Under the pieces are notes generated by a model, which ran no database searches, was not told the DNA's origin, and saw only the letters and a program-made list of their open reading frames with translations. Source: Ostreococcus lucimarinus (taxonomy: Eukaryota). From it: a stretch of 64,000 nt of DNA. The stretch lies in NCBI GenBank assembly GCA_000092065.1, contig CP000587.1. The stretch is one strand, 5' to 3'. This document shows positions 59,889 to 64,000 of the stretch, piece after piece (positions within the stretch are counted from its first letter, which is position 1; every line of letters begins with the position of its first letter). The position numbers and the translations under genes are program-made.

Positions 59889-61664
59889 ATGACGGCGGGC
59901 GCGCGGACGACGACGACGCTGGAGCGGTACACGCCGCGGGACGCGGACCCGGACGAGGTGTTCGAGGAGATGATTTTGGATTGGCGCGCGAATCCGCGGG
60001 TGAAGCTGCGGCGAAGGCGCGAGTGGGGGTGGGACGCGAGGGACGCGGCGACGACGGCGGCGCTGAGCGCGGCGTGGACGCTGGGACCGGCGACGCTGGC
60101 GTGGACGGCGGCGAAGGCGTACGTGAATCGGGGAAGCGCGATGGAGCGAAGGAAGAAAAAGTGGGGGGTCGTGATGGCGCTCGCGGCGAGCGAATTGGGG
60201 TGGTACGCGCACAGGCGAGGGGTCGGGAAGCGATTCGACGACGACGAAAATATGAAGGCGACGCCGACGCGACGGGATTTCGATCGGTTCTTGCAGCTTC
60301 GCTACGACGGAGTGTTGGATTTTAACGCGTACATCAGGGGATGGATGAAGACGTGGAAGAGTTTCGCGTTCGGTGAACGCGAGAATCCGTTTCGGGCGAC
60401 GCCGTCGAGCCCGCCCTTGTCCAGGGCGTCGACGCCCGGGATCGATCGCGCCGAGTCGCCGGCGTTTCACCGAGAGACGGCGCTGGATTTTTTACGTTTC
60501 GGCTTTCACGACGCGCTGAGCGCGGAAGAGATCGGCGAGCGCAAAGAGCGGGAGCTGAGGACATTCATGGAGGAAATTGAGGCGCACTGGAACTTGAAAT
60601 TCGACGACAACGCGGCGAGGGAATCGTTCGAGTTTATGTTTCACACAAAGGAAAAGCTCGGGGCGTTGCATCAACCGCTGTTGTTCACCGCGTGGGTGAA
60701 CGGTGTGGCGGGCGTGACCGGGCTGGCGTTACACGCGTTGGGATTTAAATTGTATCACGGCGCCAACGGGTGTTCGTACTGGGCGAACTGCGAAATCGTC
60801 GAGAATAATTGGAAGCGACGACGCGCGAGGACGGCGACGCGAGAGACGAGGCACGGCCGAGGCGTCGAGACGAGACCGGTGTTGTGCGGAGACGCGGGCG
60901 ACGCGAGCGACGGCGATACGAAGCCAATCATTTTCGTCCACGGCCTGGGCGTCGGACTCGCGCCGTATGTTCCGCACATCGCGCAACTCTTGCGCAGCAG
61001 ACCGAATCGCAAAATCGCCATGCTGACGCTTCCTCACATTAGCATGCGAGCGGTGCCGAAGGTGCCTGAACTCGACGACATGGTGGACACGGTGGTGGAA
61101 ATCACGAAGAAGCACGCATTTCGCGCGCCAGCGCTGTACGGACACAGTTTCGGCACCTTTGTCGTGGCGAGGACGTGTCAAAGGTTTTGCGTGAGTTCAA
61201 TCGTGCTCCTCGATCCGGTTTGCGTGTGCTTGTGCTTACCGCAAACTGTAGGTATTTTATACCAGCTCAATAAGAGCTGGGTCGACTTCAGGAATAGACT
61301 CATGGAAGGTCCGCGAACGCTCGCGACCGCGTCGTTTTGGCGCGATGGAAATGCATTGTTGTACTTTTTGTTGCGCGACTACTTTCTTCTTCGAGAAATC
61401 GGCGTCATGACGGCGCTTCGAAGAAAGTTTTGGTGGGCTCGTTATAACTTGTGGGCGGACGATTTGCCGGTGGACTCACTCATCGTGCTCGAATCGAATG
61501 ATCTATTGCTCGACACGGACGCCATCTGCAGGCACGTGTTGAGGCAATCAAAGGCGCGAATTATTTGGCAAGAGAAATTCGCGCACGGCGAATTTTGCAT
61601 GCCGTGGGGATACGGCTTGCGAAGCGACGTTGTCGACTTCTTAGACGCGTTAAAGAACGCGTAA
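59889..61664 (+). CDS. Alpha/beta-hydrolase fold protein (lipase/esterase-like, GHSFG nucleophile elbow)
   Basis: ..PIIFVHGLGVGLAPYVPHIAQLL...ALYGHSFGTFVVARTC... The start is uncertain, with ATG candidates at ~59889 and ~59970. It is divergent from the YeiH-like gene. Confidence 0.55.
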   Translation: MTAGARTTTTLERYTPRDADPDEVFEEMILDWRANPRVKLRRRREWGWDARDAATTAALSAAWTLGPATLAWTAAKAYVNRGSAMERRKKKWGVVMALAASELGWYAHRRGVGKRFDDDENMKATPTRRDFDRFLQLRYDGVLDFNAYIRGWMKTWKSFAFGERENPFRATPSSPPLSRASTPGIDRAESPAFHRETALDFLRFGFHDALSAEEIGERKERELRTFMEEIEAHWNLKFDDNAARESFEFMFHTKEKLGALHQPLLFTAWVNGVAGVTGLALHALGFKLYHGANGCSYWANCEIVENNWKRRRARTATRETRHGRGVETRPVLCGDAGDASDGDTKPIIFVHGLGVGLAPYVPHIAQLLRSRPNRKIAMLTLPHISMRAVPKVPELDDMVDTVVEITKKHAFRAPALYGHSFGTFVVARTCQRFCVSSIVLLDPVCVCLCLPQTVGILYQLNKSWVDFRNRLMEGPRTLATASFWRDGNALLYFLLRDYFLLREIGVMTALRRKFWWARYNLWADDLPVDSLIVLESNDLLLDTDAICRHVLRQSKARIIWQEKFAHGEFCMPWGYGLRSDVVDFLDALKNA

Positions 61665-61766
61665 TAGGCGCTCATGCCGTGATATTGGTGTAATAATGAG
61701 AATAGCTAATTGATCTTCGCTCTTTTACACGCAAGCGAGCTAATGGTACATTTGTTTCACATTTTT

Positions 61767-64000
61767 CTAGCGCCACTCGACGAAGTGTTGGCGCAGTTGC
61801 TTTGGTCGACAAGAGCGACCTTCTTCGAGGTTGAACTTGTAGCAAACTCCTTGACGCAGTTCCATCGGGAACAAATCCGGATGGAGAATTCGAGCTAAAG
61901 TCTCCACACCATCAACGAGTTGTGGACCGGCTTGACAAATCATTTCGTGGGAGAGAACGAAGACGCGGCGATCGCGCACGGCAGGAATCACCCACCAACC
62001 CGGCTGACTCGCCAAATGTTCTAGCTGTTCGAGCGTCCTCTCCATGGTTTCTTCGGATGATTTACCTATGTAGCAAGGCACGAGAAGTAACACATCTGGG
62101 CCGTACGACAGCACTTGCTCCCATCGCATGCGCTCAGCTGAAACGCCCGGTTCGTGAAGTTCGTCGATACCGCCGGCGATTGATTTCATCTCGGGCAGCC
62201 AGTGTCCGCCGGCGACGAGAGGTTTGATGCCTTCCAAAGACATGACCTTCGGCCTTTCGTCAGCCGTGGCGACGACACGAGCGATAGTACGCAAACGTGA
62301 TCGAAGCTGCGTCAGCAAAGTCACCGCCTTTTCCTTTACACCGCACAAAATCCCGATTTGAAGAATCACGTCCAAGACGTCGCTCAGCGTCTTTGGAGCG
62401 ACGGGGAAGATTGACGGCCGCGACGCGTCGACTTCCAAGGAATCTTCGTCCGAATCAAACTCTGCGTTCGTCAAGAAAACTTCGGCTTCGTGTAGAAACT
62501 TGGCGGTGCCAAAACGCACATCGGTGCACTGTGAGCACACGTCTGGGGTGAAGATGAGTCGAGCCTCTGCGTGGCGCACAAAGTTGACGTCGAAGAAACA
62601 CCATTTGTCGAGCGCGCTCACGTGCGACGACGAGCTATGCCTGGCCTCCAAACGAGTCAGCGAGTTGTAGCTCGACCCGTGATGAGTTCCACCAAAAAAT
62701 TCGAAATCGCCATTCAAAGAGTTCGAAGACTTCTTTCGATTGTCAGCGAGACCAGCGCTCGATTGCGGCAAAGCGAGAGAGTGCAAGTGTCTGGCGACGA
62801 TTTTTGGGTAATCCGTGATGTCCTCTGGAAGCACGCACGCCTCCGTGATGCCGACGATTCGATCGCCGACGCCAAGTGCATAGAGGATAGATGTCGCAGT
62901 CGTGGAAAGGGAAATTATCGACCCCACCGATTGCGGCAACGGAAGCTGCAGCTGCGAAGGCGCGTGGAGATGATCCGCCATGACTTGCGGCGCGGCGCCA
63001 AAGTATAAGTGCAGAGCCACATCGAGCTCGGGTTGCGTCGTTGACTTACGAGGCATTCCCGAGAGTTTCGATATTTGCGCACCCAGTGACTGCATCGACG
63101 CCGATGAGCGCGAGCGGAACATTCCTAATCCCTCCGCCGAGTCCAAGTCAACCGAGTACTCGCGGAAGTCGCGAGACATCGCACGAGCGCGCCGCGGCGG
63201 CAAAACCTGTTTGACTTTTTCTGGTGAATCCGACTGCGCTGACCGCGCGAGCATCTCTTCCTCGCTCATACTCCTGCTTCGTTCGAGAGCCTTGTCGAAC
63301 TTTCTCGAACTGATTGGCGTCAGAGGTCCGAAGCTCTTGCTCATCGTCCTTCGTGAAACCATCGCCGCGCGCGCCGCGGCTTCCGCCGCGCCCGGCGGCA
63401 CGCTTCTGCACGACTCAACGAACGAGGAAGCCAAAGATGGATTAGCGCCAAAGTGAAGGTGTAACTGCGATACCAGCACATTGTTCCACGCGAAACCGTC
63501 GAGATTGATCGAGTTTTTGCCCTTGCCGAATTTTCGTTCCTGCTTCACCTCGTACGTCGCGCCCCAGCCGATGGCGACTTTATCCTCCGTCACGCGCATC
63601 TTGCTCGGTCTATCGCCGTGTATTTCGCTGTATCGAAACGTCTGACCTCGAACGACTTCACCCTCGTTGAACAAAGGATTTCCGGGCGCAATAGTGATCT
63701 CGGCGTATCCCGTCTTCACCGAACTCGTGAGTCGCGTCGCGAAGGGCGCGACGCCGCACATGGATCGAGGCGAGCTCCCATCCGGCGCTGAGAGCGACTG
63801 CGAAAGGAACATCAATCCACCGCATTCGGCGTACACCACGCCTCCTGCTGTGGCAAACGCCGTCACCGCCGATCGTAAAGGCCGATTCTTGAACAAGGCC
63901 TGCGCGTGAAACTCGGGATAACCTCCGCCAAAGATGACGCCTTGGACGTCGCTCGGCAATCCTTCGCCGGCTATCGGACTAAAGTAGACTAATTCCGCCC
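61767..64000 (-). CDS. CobB/CbiA-type cobyrinate a,c-diamide synthase (glutamine-amidotransferase half visible) fused to a C-terminal BtuF-like periplasmic-binding-protein (class III PBP, cobalamin/siderophore type) domain. The gene is 5'-partial and continues beyond the window end
   Basis: The frame is open to position 64000. The translation upstream of the track ORF, ..AELVYFSPIAGEGLPSDVQGVIFGGGYPEFHAQALFKNRPLRSAVTAFATAGGVVYAECGGLMFL.., is the CobB GATase-3 domain with its catalytic Cys. ..GQTFRYSEI.. and ..VSQLHLHFGANPSLASSFVE are CobB C-terminal blocks. About 500 further residues follow. These include ..IISLSTTATSILYALGVGDRIVGITE.. and a C-terminal ..GKSSEETMERTLEQLEHLASQPGWWVIPAVRDRRVFVLSHEMICQAGPQLVDGVETLARILHPDLF, which is typical of BtuF/FhuD-type binding proteins. 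Confidence 0.6.
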   Translation of the reverse strand, partial: AELVYFSPIAGEGLPSDVQGVIFGGGYPEFHAQALFKNRPLRSAVTAFATAGGVVYAECGGLMFLSQSLSAPDGSSPRSMCGVAPFATRLTSSVKTGYAEITIAPGNPLFNEGEVVRGQTFRYSEIHGDRPSKMRVTEDKVAIGWGATYEVKQERKFGKGKNSINLDGFAWNNVLVSQLHLHFGANPSLASSFVESCRSVPPGAAEAAARAAMVSRRTMSKSFGPLTPISSRKFDKALERSRSMSEEEMLARSAQSDSPEKVKQVLPPRRARAMSRDFREYSVDLDSAEGLGMFRSRSSASMQSLGAQISKLSGMPRKSTTQPELDVALHLYFGAAPQVMADHLHAPSQLQLPLPQSVGSIISLSTTATSILYALGVGDRIVGITEACVLPEDITDYPKIVARHLHSLALPQSSAGLADNRKKSSNSLNGDFEFFGGTHHGSSYNSLTRLEARHSSSSHVSALDKWCFFDVNFVRHAEARLIFTPDVCSQCTDVRFGTAKFLHEAEVFLTNAEFDSDEDSLEVDASRPSIFPVAPKTLSDVLDVILQIGILCGVKEKAVTLLTQLRSRLRTIARVVATADERPKVMSLEGIKPLVAGGHWLPEMKSIAGGIDELHEPGVSAERMRWEQVLSYGPDVLLLVPCYIGKSSEETMERTLEQLEHLASQPGWWVIPAVRDRRVFVLSHEMICQAGPQLVDGVETLARILHPDLFPMELRQGVCYKFNLEEGRSCRPKQLRQHFVEWR

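Noticed and set aside
1-64000. Prokaryotic features: CRISPR arrays, operons, Shine-Dalgarno sites, and phage or defence islands.
   Set aside because: The window is eukaryotic nuclear DNA, with spliceosomal introns, eukaryote-specific proteins (eIF3a, RPL37e, ISWI, GCP, CDK, PP2A-B56) and transit peptides. No direct-repeat/spacer arrays were seen.
1-64000. rRNA, tRNA, snRNA genes and transposons or retroelements.
   Set aside because: I found no cloverleaf-like tRNA candidate or rDNA-like block while reading. No LTRs, TIRs, RT/integrase-like ORFs or target-site duplications were seen. I cannot exclude short ncRNAs without a covariance-model scan, for example in the 7130-7760 AT-rich island.

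Overview
This is a eukaryotic nuclear window, not a prokaryotic one. It is about 64 kb, GC-rich (about 65%) and very gene-dense, with roughly 35 protein-coding genes at about 1.8 kb per gene. Most genes are single long exons, a minority carry one or two short (77-225 nt) spliceosomal introns, and intergenic spacers are tiny, with convergent gene pairs often less than 150 bp apart. Many encoded proteins are recognisable housekeeping proteins. Translation and targeting: eIF3a, RPL37 and SRP68. Metabolism and signalling: V-ATPase subunit C, 6-phosphogluconate dehydrogenase, transketolase, a MORN-type PIP5K, a CDK, PP2A-B56 and DRG. Chromatin, nucleolus and cytoskeleton: ISWI, Nrap/NOL6 and a gamma-tubulin complex component. 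Several others are plastid-type proteins, supporting a photosynthetic origin: Tic110, a bacterial-type FtsY (cpFtsY), and transketolase and 6PGDH with N-terminal transit-peptide-like extensions. From the GC content, low intron density, compactness and green-type transit peptides I infer a green-lineage picoalga of the Mamiellophyceae type (Micromonas-like); this is inference only. I found no rRNA, tRNA, CRISPR array or transposon. The ORF track uses ATG, GTG and TTG as starts, so I re-derived true ATG starts for many genes. The track also splits spliced genes; I reconstructed introns for RPL37, transketolase, eIF3a, a saccharopine-dehydrogenase-like gene, an MPPE1/Cdc1-like gene, an ER thioredoxin-fold protein and, tentatively, Nrap. 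High GC produces many long antisense or low-complexity ORFs, which I rejected. My manual position reading can be off by a few nt, so splice-site coordinates are approximate. The most interesting candidates are as follows. (1) A CobB-type amidotransferase domain fused to a BtuF-like cobalamin-binding domain, which is unexpected in a eukaryote. (2) A recurring (GATTG)n motif just upstream of many start codons. (3) A telomere-like telo-box, (AAACCCTAA)-type, upstream of eIF3a. (4) Introns with GTGCGY donors, a (G)ACTGAC branch motif and a shared internal motif that may indicate an introner-like element. (5) A degenerate WRKY-like domain lacking its zinc ligands. (6) A head-to-head cpFtsY/Tic110 gene pair.
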